DNA from: Neocallimastix sp. 'constans'
Taxonomy: Eukaryota
Length of the DNA: 64,000 nt
Direction: 5' to 3'
Assembly: GCA_050613775.1 (NCBI GenBank)
Contig: JBODTK010000133.1
Coordinates: 62,001-126,000, forward strand
The notes under the pieces: model-generated
Told to the model about the DNA's origin: nothing
The model's input: the letters and a program-made list of their open reading frames with translations, nothing else
Database searches by the model: none
Translations under genes and position numbers: made by a program
Part shown: piece by piece, positions 22,981-36,394 of the stretch
Layout of the letters: each line of letters starts with the position of its first letter
Position numbering within the stretch: the stretch's first letter is position 1

Positions 22981-25900
22981 AAAAAAAAAAAAAAAAAAAA
23001 AGCTAATACCTAAGCCAATGATATTAAAATAGAATATATTTTATAAATTATAAAATTAATTCTTAATTATTAGTGAATTATACCTAATAAAAGAATTAAT
23101 TTATATATAAATTTAAATAGAAAGATAAGACTAACACTAATCTTAATAATTTTATTTAAAAAATATTTATTAAATTACTAATATATATAAATATATTTAT
23201 TTACTATTTTTTATATACTAAACGCTCTTAATTTTCCTAAAACAACTCAATAATTCTTATTTAAATATTTTTTTAAAATAAAATAATATAATTGAAAATG
23301 TGTTTTTGATTTAAAATTTTAGTATTTTATATAAATGAAATTCAAATTAAATTTTTGTTTATATCTATTTATTATATTTTTATAATAAAATCCACATATA
23401 TTATTATCTCAAATTTGTAATAACTATTTAGTTATTATTAATTTGAAGAAAAAATTGTTTATGAAATTACTATATATAAGTAATTTCTTAAACACACCAA
23501 AATATATTGAAATTGAAATTTTTATTTTATTTCAACCCTTTAATAAGGCGGGAAGATGAGTGGAATACTAGATTGATACACCATCCCATAATCATAGAGA
23601 GTTTTAATCGATTAATACGTACGTGTACACTTAATATATTTAAATATTAACATAAATATGTTAATATAAATATACGCAAGTGTATATAAAGTCTAATAAA
23701 TTTAAGAAATAATAGATATATTTTATATATATAGATATATAGTTTAATTTATTTATTAAAAAATAATTTAAATTATGGTTTAAACTATATATATAAATTA
23801 TATTAATTTGACATAAATTTATTTATTAAAATAATTTAAATTATTGGTTATGTCAAATAAATTGTATAATTTAATTTTGGTTCAGTAAATATTTTATATA
23901 TTACCAACTTAATTGTGCAATAATTATAATATATTTATATTTTATATTTCGTGTAACAATTTATTCATCTATACTAAAAATTTTTATTGTTTCGACAACA
24001 AAAAAAAACTATATAAAAAATATTTATAAATTTTTAATTTTAATTTCCTTTAAAACATGTATTTAAATATAAATTAGATTACAATCATATATTTTAGTTT
24101 TTAATTTCTTTATTCTTAGTAAATAGTTTTATATATTTATATAAAATTAAATTTATAGAAATTATTAAATTTTATATATACTATTTTATTTATTATAACA
24201 ATGACTTCTTTAAATAAATTATATATGTATATATTTTTATGTATAGGATATGATTAATTAATGACTAATATAATTTTTTTTTTTTTTTTTTCCTTTTCTA
24301 TCTTTTTTTCTTTTTCCTTTTCTATCTTTTTTTCTTTTCAAATAATAATGATAATTTAATTTTAATACAAATAAATAATTTTAGAAGTTAAAATAATATA
24401 TATATATAAATATTTATAATAATAAAATTAAAAACTTGAATTATATTTTTTATAATAAAAAGAAATAAAATGTCGTCATAGTAATAAATATTCTTTGTGA
24501 AATAAAATAAAATAATATTTTAATAAGTAAAAAATATAAAATAAAAGTATATAAAAATTTTTACTTTATTTTCATTAACTTGTATTATATTTTTTTATAA
24601 TAAAAAGAAATAAAATGTCAAAGTATATAAAATTTTTACTTTATTTTCATTAACTTATTTTAAATTTATTTTATTTCCATGTTAGGTTATTTAATTTTTA
24701 TTTTTAGAGGTATCAACATTACATTTTTTTAATTAAATACTGTTGCATTTATTATATATTTACGAATAAATATATATATATAAAATATATATATATTATT
24801 TTTATATTTATAATAATTGTAATATTATAGCTATTATATGATAAAAGTTATTTATTATATTTTTATACGTATAATAAATATTATTTATCTAATAATTAAT
24901 TTTTTCCTTTATTTTTGAATCTTTCAAAGATAGCGTAGCAAACAATACATAAAAGTAAAACTACACAAATTATAAGTATTATTGTTATTAAATCCATTTT
25001 AATTTTAACCTATTTGTAATTATGTTGAATATATATATAAATTTAAAATAAAATAATTATTATATATAGATAGGATTTCTTTTTATAAAAAATCAATATG
25101 TATCATTCTTTTTGAAATATAACATATATATATAATGTTTATAAAACTTTGTTATATATTTATTTATTTATGAACATTTCTTTATAAAAATTTTTCTTTT
25201 AATTCTTTTATATAATTTAATACTTACCTTTAAAGCTTTAACACTTTTAAAAAATTTATATTAAATTAAAAAATTAATTCAAAATAAAAAAAAAAAAAAT
25301 TGATATATATATCAATTTTTATCAATTTTTTTTTTTTTTTTTTTAAATGTTTTAAAATACTTTAATTTCAAATAAATATTTAGTTAATTTATTAATCTAT
25401 TTTTAATAGATGATCAATAAATGTATTTTGAAATATCTAAATTTTAATTAAATTAAAATTTAGATATTTAAGTAATGTTAGAGATAATAATAAAAATAAT
25501 TACAAAATCATTATCATTATTCCTTTAGTAAATTCTTTTACTTATTTATAAATACATTTTTAAATTAAATTCATAAAACTGTACTACCTAATATTATTCA
25601 AATTTATTAAATATATAATGTTTAAAATATCTTTTTTTATATTTATATTTATATCCATATAAAATAAAATTATAAAAACTTTTTTTGATTATTATTGTTA
25701 TTATTATTGATTATTATTAATTATTATTATTGATTATTATTGGTTATTATTATTATTATCATTGGTTATTATTATTATTAAAATATTAAGAGTACGCTGA
25801 TTTATGGTTTAAAAATAATTCATGTTATAATTTTGTATATATGAATTATTTATTTATTTTTATAAATTTCATATATTAATATTTTGTAGTTTTATTTGTA

Positions 25901-25993
25901 TTTTTATATTTATGATTTATAATTTTTATAAATTATAAATTTTTATGAAGTAATAGAGCCATAAAATTTAAATTGAAAAATATAAATAAAATA

Positions 25994-26031
<38 letters not shown>

Positions 26032-26090
26032 TAGAGATTAATACAAAATTTCAAATATACATTAAAATTACATATAACATTACCATTAAA

Positions 26091-26441
26091 AATAATATTT
26101 TAGATACACGTAATGAGTACTCATCTCCCATTATGCTCATAGCAAATATAACTGTTAAGTGTGATATACTCCTCTGCTTGAGACTGTGTTCCCTAACATT
26201 CTTACATATATCTCCATTGACCACGAGCATCGGAATAGGAACCATTCACCCCTCCAGTGGGTGTAATCATTGGCGTGTGGACATAATATCATCAGTGTCT
26301 ATGATTAAGATGAAGCGTAGTACCTTAGAGGTTGGGTCCAATATACTGCCAAGGGAAAGCCTTTTGGATACTACTGTGGTTGTATGATACCCCAGGATAG
26401 AAACTTAAGAATCGTATTGTATGGCTGTTTCGGGAATCAAT
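26091..26441. mobile_element. 351-bp GC-richer insertion flanked by a 13-bp direct repeat (probable target-site duplication)
   Basis: CATTACCATTAAA at 26078-26090 and 26442-26454 brackets an abrupt compositional shift. No recognisable protein. Confidence 0.7.
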
Positions 26442-26584
26442 CATTACCATTAAATAATTAGTTTAATTTTTTTTTTTTTATTTTTTATTTAAAATAATAT
26501 CATTATTATCTTTTCTTAATATATATTTTTTGCAAATTAAAAATTTTAATTTATTAAATTGAAATATTCTTTTTATTCGTTCTG

Positions 26585-26626
<42 letters not shown>

Positions 26627-28513
26627 AAGAAATTTATTTTCTTGGAAAAAAATATTTTTTATTTTAAAGATATTTTATTTGTTTTAACTATTAAAATAAT
26701 TATTTTTACTTTTTTTTTTTTTTTATTTTATTTCTTTGTTATTAATTAATCTGTTCAAAGTTCATAAAAAATGAATATATATATGAAAATAAAAATTATT
26801 TTTATTTTTATTTTCTTTTTTTTTTTTTTTTTTGATTATACTGAACAATAAAAAGATTAATACATACAAATATAAATGTACTTTAATGAGATATTTTTGA
26901 TTAGAATAAATTACATTTTTTACATTAACTATTTTTTTTTAAATAATAGAAAATTATTATTATTATTTATTATTATTATTTATTATTTATTATTATTATT
27001 AATATGTATATATATATATTAATTTAAATAAATATTATTAATTTTATAATTTTTATTGTTTGATAATCCATTCTTAAAAAATTTTTAAACTTTAATTTCT
27101 TTTTTTTTTGTAATTCATATATAATAAAATTATTATCATTTATTATTTAATATTTATTATCATTTTTGTGGTTGTTCCTTCAATTTAATTTAATATAGTT
27201 ATACAGAAAACGTGAGAATTCTAAAAAAAAAAAAAAAAAAAAAAGTATTTTTTACTGATTTTCGTAATGATTTTATCTATTCATCTTGATTAATATTTAT
27301 TATTTATTATTAATTAACTAATTATTAATTATTAATTATTATTTAATTAATTATTATTTATTATTTATTATTTAATTATTTAATTAATTATTATTTATTA
27401 TTTATTATTTAATTATTTAATTAATTATTATTTATTAATTATTATTTATTATTTATTATTTATTATTTATTATTCATTATTACGTTAAGGTATTACAATA
27501 TTGACTTTACTTAAAAAAAATATATATTTATATATTATAATTTTAGATAAGAAGTATTTATTTTTTTAGTATATAAAATAATAGCATTAATATAATTTTT
27601 ATAATATAAATTATATTATAATAAAAAAAAAAGTTTATTGATGTTAAAATTTCATTATTAAACTATTTTAGTAAATAAAAAGATAACAATATATAGATAT
27701 TAATTCAATGAAATTTAATTATGTTATAATTACACCATTATTAGTCATTATACTATTATTTATAACAATTTTTGAAAAATCATCATTCCATATCTAAAAG
27801 TAATAAAAGAATAGTGTAGTAAAAACTAGGCATTATGATTTCGCATTAAAATTATTGTTTTATCCATGTATTTATATATTTTTATATTTTTATTTTTATT
27901 TTTATATTTTTATTTTTATATTTTTATTTTTATATTTTTATTTTTATATTTTTATATTATTTTATTTTTATTTTTATTTTTATTTTTATTTTTATTTTTA
28001 TTCATCAAAAGTTTGATATTATATTTTCAATATATTAATAATATATACACTTAATATTTATAAAACAATGTAATTATGATAATGAATCTTTTTTCTGTTA
28101 AAATTTATAATATACATTTTTCTTTCTTTCTTCCTTTTTTCATTCAATTATTATTTTATATTTAATTCAGGGTCGATATTAAAATTTTAATTCAAAAAAA
28201 AAAAGTTTATCATGCTTTGAAATATTATTGGATAATATAAAAATTAGAAAATCTTTGGCAAAAAAAATAAAAATAAAAATTATAAAAATATATAAATATA
28301 AAAAATATATTAAATAGATTTAATATAAAAATATTATATTTTATTACATAATATATTATTTATTTATTCATTTATTCATTTATATTTTTATTAAAATATA
28401 ATCAAAAAAATTAATATATAAAAATTTAATATTAAAATTTTATTTTAATTTTTTTTTCTTTTTTTAATTTTTTTTGTATTACACAAATAATTTTTAAATT
28501 TCATTTATTTTCT

Positions 28514-28567
<54 letters not shown>

Positions 28568-29223
28568 CCTTTTTCTTTTTTCCTTTCTTTCATTGAATAA
28601 TATGTAAAATAAAATAAAATAAAATATAATATAATATAATATAATAATATTATATGAATATATTATTTGATAATTATTATATTTATAAATATTATATTAA
28701 AATTTATATAAAAAATGTACTTCTCTCTATTTTATTTTAAAAATTTCTGTTAGAATTTATTTATTCATTCTTTTTTTTTTTTATATATAATTAATTTAGT
28801 ATTTTTTTATTATTTTATTATATTTTTTATATTTTTTATATTAAATTAAAATACAATAATATTAATATTTATTGTAATATTCTTTTATTAAAAATAGTTT
28901 AATTAATATTTAAATTAAAAAAAAAAACTTTTCTGTTTTATTTGGTAAAGGTTTGATACGTGAAACAGCAATATTAATAATTACAAAAAAAAAAAAAAAA
29001 AATTATATATATATAAGCATTTGAATTTTTCTTTTCATTTTTTTTTCCATTTTTATATATATATATATATATATATTAATTTTTTTTATATAAATTCATA
29101 AACTAAAAAAATTATAATTATTTATTAATAAATTATTAATTAAAATTATTTTAGACTTTTTTTTTTTTTTTTTTTTTTTATAATAATATATGGATTTGAC
29201 TATTTAGTTAGTAATAATTAAAC

Positions 29224-29257
<34 letters not shown>

Positions 29258-29720
29258 TACACCAATAATATTAATTATTATCATAAAAATTAATTGATAT
29301 TAATTACAATAATCAGAGTAATAATAATAATAAAAAAAAAAAAATTCAATAATAATAAAAAATTTTAAATGCTTACACTCATTAAAAGTTCTGTTAAAAA
29401 CAATTTTTTTTAAATAATTCCATTTCGAACTAACAGTTCTTTTTGTAGTACTTCAATAAATAAATCATTAATAATAATAACAATAATATTGTAGTAATAG
29501 TTATTGTGGTAGGATATACAATAAAATTAATACTAATAATTTATTTTTTTTTTTTAAGATATTAAAATTAAATATACACAAGAATTAAAGGGATAAAATA
29601 TTAAAAAAAAATAAAATAAAAACTGTTATGCATTAAATTTGAGTTCAAATCAACAAATTTTACTGATTTTGTCGTTTTATTATGCAAATAAATTAATAAA
29701 TAAATAAATAAATAAATATA

Positions 29721-29915
29721 TATATAAATAAATAAATATCTATATAAATAAATAAATATCTATATAAATAAATAAATATCTATATAAATAAATAAATATC
29801 TATATAAATAAATAAATATCTATATAAATAAATAAATATCTATATAAATAAATAAATATCTATATAAATAAATAAATATCTATATAAATAAATAAATATC
29901 TATATAAATAAATAA
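29721..29915. repeat. 20-bp minisatellite (TATATAAATAAATAAATATC), ~9 copies, directly upstream of the second kinase
   Basis: Exact 20-bp periodicity, ending ~30 bp before the ATG at 29945. Confidence 0.92.
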
Positions 29916-29944
29916 ATAAATAACTATATAAGTAAACAAATAAA

Positions 29945-30817
29945 ATGAGATATAACACAACTACTCATTATTTTACCTTCTTAAGAGAAGCTGAAATCAA
30001 TGAATATATTCCAACTGGACGTTCTTTGGGAATTGCTTCTCCTACTATTGCTTTTGAAGTTGTTCATCCCAGAACTGGCAGGAAATATATTGCTAAGATC
30101 ATGACCGCTGATCAATTAAAAGGTTATGAAAATTATATTGAAAAGGAAATTCGTATCATGCAATGGTATTCTAAAACTCTTATTGGATCAAATAATAATC
30201 ATCTATTAAGGCTGATAGATAGTTTTAGAATTATCAATGATGGCCAAACTCATGTTTGTATGATTTTAGATATGGCCTTTCAAAACAATGATTTATTTGA
30301 TGCCATCCGTGATAAGGGAGCTTTTCCAGAAGATGAAACTAAGAAAATTATACGTTCCTTATTTCGAGCTGTCAACTATTTACATCAATGTGGAATTGTT
30401 CATCGTGATATTAAAGCAGAAAACATTCTTTTTGAAGGGGGTCAACCTATTCTTGCTGATTTTGGATTAGCAGAATTTTGTAAATTAAATGAAACGACCT
30501 TAACTGAATATTGTGGTACACCAGGTACCACGGCTCCAGAAATTATTAGGAATGAGTCCTATGGATCTAAATGTGATATCTATTCTCTAGGCATTTTAAC
30601 CTATTTCTTGTTAGCAGGTTATCGTCCTTTCGATTGGACAACGGAACCAAGAGAAGAAATGGAGGCCATCCTTCAAAATAAATTTTGTTATCCTGAAGAA
30701 AGTTTTGCCGATATTTCATTGGAGGCTCAAGATTTCATTAATAGGTGTATGTTTCTTGAACCCAATGAACGACCATCGGCTGAAGAAGCATTACAACATC
30801 CATGGTTAAAAGAATGA
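29945..30817 (+). CDS. Intronless Ser/Thr protein kinase, CAMK group, 290 aa; paralog of 19150-20097
   Basis: IAK, HRDIKAEN, DFG and CGTPGTTAPE are intact. Colinear with the first kinase. Gly-loop reads GIASPT. Confidence 0.92.
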   Translation: MRYNTTTHYFTFLREAEINEYIPTGRSLGIASPTIAFEVVHPRTGRKYIAKIMTADQLKGYENYIEKEIRIMQWYSKTLIGSNNNHLLRLIDSFRIINDGQTHVCMILDMAFQNNDLFDAIRDKGAFPEDETKKIIRSLFRAVNYLHQCGIVHRDIKAENILFEGGQPILADFGLAEFCKLNETTLTEYCGTPGTTAPEIIRNESYGSKCDIYSLGILTYFLLAGYRPFDWTTEPREEMEAILQNKFCYPEESFADISLEAQDFINRCMFLEPNERPSAEEALQHPWLKE

Positions 30818-30824
30818 TATAAAT

Positions 30825-30856
<32 letters not shown>

Positions 30857-31224
30857 AATTATTAAAATCAAACAAATAAAAAAAAAAAATTAATAAAAAA
30901 AAAATTAATATATAATAACCTCCTTGTAAATTATATTTATATTATTTTAGTATATATATATATATATATAAATTTATATTAATATATAGTGCGATACAAT
31001 GTAAATAATTTAAAAAAAATAATTATGTTAAAAAATAAGAAAAAAAATAAAATAAAATTAATTTATATAAAGTATAAAATGTATATTAAGTTATAATAAT
31101 AATAATAATAATAAAATAAAGTAAAAAAAAAAAAAATAATGAGTTTATAAAATTTTATTACTCAACCTATATATAAATATACATATATAAATATACATAT
31201 ATAGTTTTTTTTTTTCATTTTTAT

Positions 31225-31990
31225 TTGATAAATAAGAAAATAAAAGATGGATAATGTTAATTCCATAATTTTTTTTTATTTAATTATCATTAATAATGTA
31301 ATAATAGATTCCTATTCCATTTAAGAAGATTATAATTTAATATGATGAATATTCTGATCTTTTATATGGTTTTTATTGGCTATTGAGAGCACAAAGCGGA
31401 TATAGATTAGAGGTTAGAACTGCTAAAGCTGCAAACAATAATAGATCAAGTGTAGTCGAATTTTTGTCCCTGTTATAAAAGTATTAAACAATGGATAAGG
31501 TATTGGTTAATTGATTGTCCATTTTTCAATCATATTCGTAGTAAAGTCAATGATAAAATTTAATTTTTATATAACGCTTTTAACCGTGGTAACCTTACAA
31601 ATGATATCGTTAATAGTAATAGTATTTTTAGTAGTGTTAGTAATAGTATTGAAAATAATGTGTATGTTGATTCTAGTATGTTAGAAAAAGTGTTTATTTT
31701 CCTTTTTGGGGGAAGAAGTAATAATAACAATACAAGGGATTAGAAGGATCTTTTTAAGTGCCAGATGAAATCAGATGTTTATTCTGATACTCCATTCTTG
31801 GTGGTTACTGTGGCTCTTCTTCAATCAATTATACCTATTACTATTGGCCGGCAATGCTTTTTGTTTAATTGGTTCAATTCGAATTCTACTACTACTACTA
31901 TTACTACCAAGAGCGTCAAGAAACAGTAAGACAGGCTAACAGGGCTAGCGCAAACAACGAAAATCATAATTTCGTATCTTCAAATTATAA
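31225..31990 (+). mobile_element. Degenerate 3' portion of a non-LTR (LINE-like) retrotransposon ORF
   Basis: Frameshifted translation GFYWLLRAQSGYRLEVRTAKAA / FCPCYKSIKQWIRYWLIDCPFFNHIR (decayed C-terminal CCHC-type zinc knuckle), then VFIFLFGGR and DTPFLVVTVALLQSIIP. Several stops. Confidence 0.7.
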
Positions 31991-32264
31991 TTAACATTGT
32001 GAAATCAAAAAATAATTATTATAATAAAGTATAATAATGCCCTTATGAAGTTTTACTGATATTAATTAAATGAAACCAGAATACATTATACTATTATTTT
32101 ATTTTGTGTGTGTGTGTGTGTGTTTTTTTTTTTTTATTTTTTGTTTATTCTTTTATCTTTTTTTTTTTCTTTTTATTACATGTATTTTATTAAATATTTA
32201 ATTAATAAAGATAAAATAAGTTTGCTTCCGTTAAAAAAAAAAAAAAAAAAAGTGTAACCCCTAG

Positions 32265-33660
32265 TCAACGTTATATATTTTAAGATAAAGAGTTAATTAT
32301 TCTAAATTATATGCTTTTTATATTAAATAATATTGTGGCTTATAAACTTTATATAATAATATAATATTACATTAACATTTTATTACATTAATCTCCTATT
32401 CACCTATTATAACATCATATTCGCATATTCTAACATTCCCTCCTACACTTAGTAATTTTGTAGTAATAATTTAGCTTATCAGTGAATATGTGTAAATTAT
32501 TATTTTTCTAAAATTATTAATTTTTACAAATTTATTATCTTCTATAAAATTTTATTAATTGAAATTTTAAATATGTAACATTTAGTTGTTTTTTATTAAT
32601 TATTTTATCCTAAATATTTATATTATTCTTGAAATATTATTACATTTTGTGGTTAAACATTTAAACCTTTAGTATAGCTCAAATTTAATGTTTATTGTAG
32701 TTTCGATATTCTTATAGATTTACTTCTATTTTGTTTTTATATTTATGATTAAATTTGAAGTATTATATCATAAATTATTATGTATGGGATCTCTGAGATG
32801 TAATCTCCTCCATTATAATTGTTAATATATATATATACGAGTTTGATATGTATAAATGTATATTAAAACTAATGTACATTAAATTATAATACATTTCTTG
32901 GTTTAACAAAAACCATTGTTTAATATATAGTTGCTTAAACTTTTGTAAGTAATGGATATTATTAAATTATGCTTTGTATATTCATGGGGGTGAAAATAGT
33001 TTATCACGGAGTAGATTCCTTTGTGTATAATTACAGTCCATTATTAAGTTTCTAAAGTTTCATTTAGAGTTTCCATAGATATATGGAAACTCTAAATATT
33101 GCTTAAGAATTTTTTTTTATTTTTTTAATTAATTTAATATTGCTATATTTTTATAATTTTATTATAATTGTGGTAATTCTCATTTATTAAATATTTTATA
33201 TTTTACGAGTTTCCTCAATTTTGCAATTTTGATCATCTCAAATGTTCTATCAGTTTTATTAGTTTTCTTTAAATCGATATAATGAGTAACTTTTATTGAA
33301 ATTTAAAATTCAAATTTATTTTTCTTTGACATAATATTGTGTCTGGTAAATATATGATTCTTTTGTTGAAATATCGTAAAATATTTACTATTATCAAATG
33401 TTAATTCAATATCAATTAGGATATCAAATTATCTTTTAGCTATACTAAATATATATATATATATATATATATTTAATAAATTTTAATAAAAAAAATAAAT
33501 ATGTTAAGAGCCATGAATTTAGGGTATATAATTATGTCAACTTTATATTTTTTATTATGAAGCTTTTTTGCTTTTTATATTCATACATTGTGGCTTATAT
33601 ATCAATTATATTATATTACTTTTTTTACATTAATCTCTTTATTCATCTATTCTAACAATT
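32265..33660. repeat. Pair of diverged direct repeats (~32265-32415 and ~33535-33660)
   Basis: Shared blocks in the same order: GTCAAC.TTATAT, GCTTTTTATATT, ATTGTGGCTTATA, TACATTAATCTC..TATTCA.CTATT.TAACA. Confidence 0.6.
33062..33097. other. Perfect 16-bp inverted repeat with 4-nt loop
   Basis: ATTTAGAGTTTCCATA-gata-TATGGAAACTCTAAAT. Confidence 0.9.
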
Positions 33661-34699
33661 ATTAATTATAATTATAATGAAAACTTTTAAAAAAATTAAA
33701 ATTTTCATAAGATATATATAAAAGTGAAAAATGTATACAAATTCAAAAAATGTATTCGTATTAATTTCATATAGTGTAGTACAATTTATACTATATAGTA
33801 TTATAATAGTAGTGGAAAAAATATATTAAATTTTATTTTATATATATATATATATATATAAATTTTTATTTTTATTATTATTGCTATTATTATTTTATTT
33901 TTTATCATAAAAATGTTATTAAACATTTTTAGTAACTTAATGAAATTTAACTGATAATCAAAATTTATTTTTTATAACCAATAATTATCAAAACTTTAAT
34001 TCAATCCTAATCATTAATTATATATATATATTTTTTATTTTTTTTTATATAAAGTGAAAAATATTGTGAAGTTTATTTTTATATACTATTTTAGTTAGAA
34101 ATGTAATATTTAATTACATTTCAATTTTTTATTTTTTTTAAAAAGTTTATTTATTCTTGTATTATTCTTTTAATTAAATTAAAAAAAATAGGAAAGTTAA
34201 AAAAAAAAAAAAAAAAAAAAATCAATATAATTATTTAAATATATATATATATAGAAATATTTATATATAAAAATTTATGAATATATCTTTTTTAAAAATG
34301 TATTATTAATTTTAATAGAAAATATTAAAGATTTCAACACAATATTTATTAATAAATATTTAATAAATATTTTTATCAATTAAATGTTAGTAAAGTCAAA
34401 TTTTATTAATCTATTTATGCATTCATTTAAACAATTTGAAGTTTTTTTATTAAAATAATAAATTTTAAAATCAAGAAAAACTATATTTAATGTTAAGGAG
34501 ACATCAAAATTAATTGAAATTTCATGGAATAAAAAATAAACAATTTTTTTTTTTTATTATGAAATTTTTTTTTTTTTTTTTTCTCTTAATTGAAGTAATA
34601 AAGCTAATATAATTAAAAAAAAATAAAACAATATAGCATAAAACGTTTATTTTTATTTTTTATTCAAAAAAAAAAAAAAAAAAGTTATCTTTATTCATA

Positions 34700-34901
34700 A
34701 TGTATCGTACACCATTTAATACGTCAGGTCAAAACAGAGAAGAAATTAATACAAATAATCAACGATTATTTAGTGCAATATTAAATGGTTCAGTGAATTC
34801 TACACCATATCAAGGAACCAATGTACCTATATCTAATACCTCATATAATAATAACAATAATAATAACAATAATAATATTCATACACCATTTTTTCAACAT
34901 A

Positions 34902-34940
<39 letters not shown>

Positions 34941-35751
34941 CTAATACACATAATTTATCATTGGGAGATGAATTACCTTTATTGGAATTAGGGGATCTTT
35001 CAATAGTAGAACCTACTACAAGTCAAAATTTTAGAGTTAGGTCTTTACTTACTCAACGTAATCATACTCAAAGTCAACATCGTTTTCATAAAAAACTTAT
35101 TAGACCCAAATTATTACAACAAAGAAATGCTAGAGAAAAAAAATTTCCATATACCACCATTAAAAGTAACTATTTAATTATTAATTCATATCATTATTTA
35201 TTTTAATTCTCTATTATAAAACACGTTCATTTATCATTATTATCATTATGACTTGAAATTATTTTATTTAATACATTTTATTTTTTTTTTAATTATTTTA
35301 TATTAATTATTAAACTATTTTTTTTTTTTTTATTTTTATTTATATTTTTTTTTTATCTTTTTTTCATTTAAATATATATATATATATAAATAAAATAAAA
35401 TAAAAAAAAAAAGAATCTAATGGCATTAGAAAAAATCAATCAATTTTAAAATATTCTAAATTAATTGATTATGGATTAGCAGAACAATTAGAAAGTATTA
35501 ATATAAATAAAGAAGTCAAATCCTCCCTTTTTATTCCCAATAGAAATGGAAAGAAAATATTAAATATTGAGAGTTTATTTCCAAATAAATATATTGAATT
35601 AAAACATAATTCAAGTAATAATTATACCAATAGAAATTTATTATCTATACCAAAGGTTCCAAAAAAACTTAATTTAAATGATTTAGAAAATTCAATGATT
35701 TCTCAAAGAGAATTTAAAGTAAGTAATACTTTAATTACATTGTTATTTGAA

Positions 35752-35786
<35 letters not shown>

Positions 35787-36361
35787 ATATATATATATAT
35801 TATATATACTTATATGTATTTATTTATTTTATGCTTTTTAATATTACTCATTTATATAATAAAACAAAAATATACCAATTAAAAAAATAAAAAAAAAAAA
35901 AGTATGATAATGTAATTAATGATTGGAAATTTATTATAAATTCACTTGGATTATCAGGTGTAAGTTTAAATTATATATATATATATATAAAATGATTGTA
36001 AAAAATAATTATTAAATCATTTTATTAATAATTATATTATTATTAATAATATTTAATTTTATTTTTGTTACTTTATAAAATTTATAAAGGATATGAATAT
36101 GTTAAAAATATTTACTTTGGGAACACGATTTTCAGATTTTGTTCATAAAATTCAGCAAGAAAATTTACAAAAAAAATTATATATTTCAAATTCTAATAAA
36201 ACAGATATACCTTTAAATTTTAATACCATAGAAACATTAACAAATCAATCCGTAGGTAAATTATAAATAAAATAATAAGAATAGTCATTTATTATTATGT
36301 AAATTATAATATAATATTTATTAATATGTATAAAATTGATACATAATAAAATAATATATTA

Positions 36362-36394
<33 letters not shown>

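Noticed and set aside
23530..23630. Short GC-richer patch, possible transposon end or small RNA
   Set aside because: No partner inverted repeat, TSD or RNA motif found.
24441..24656. Short local duplication of two ~35-bp blocks
   Set aside because: Ordinary slippage or repair duplication in AT-rich DNA.
26186..26200. CCCTAAC as a possible telomerase RNA template
   Set aside because: Only 7 nt, shorter than a usual template, and the region is better explained as a TSD-flanked insertion.
33062..33115. Hairpin as a Helitron 3' end or a terminator
   Set aside because: No CTRR terminus at the expected distance and no upstream gene; the context is eukaryotic.
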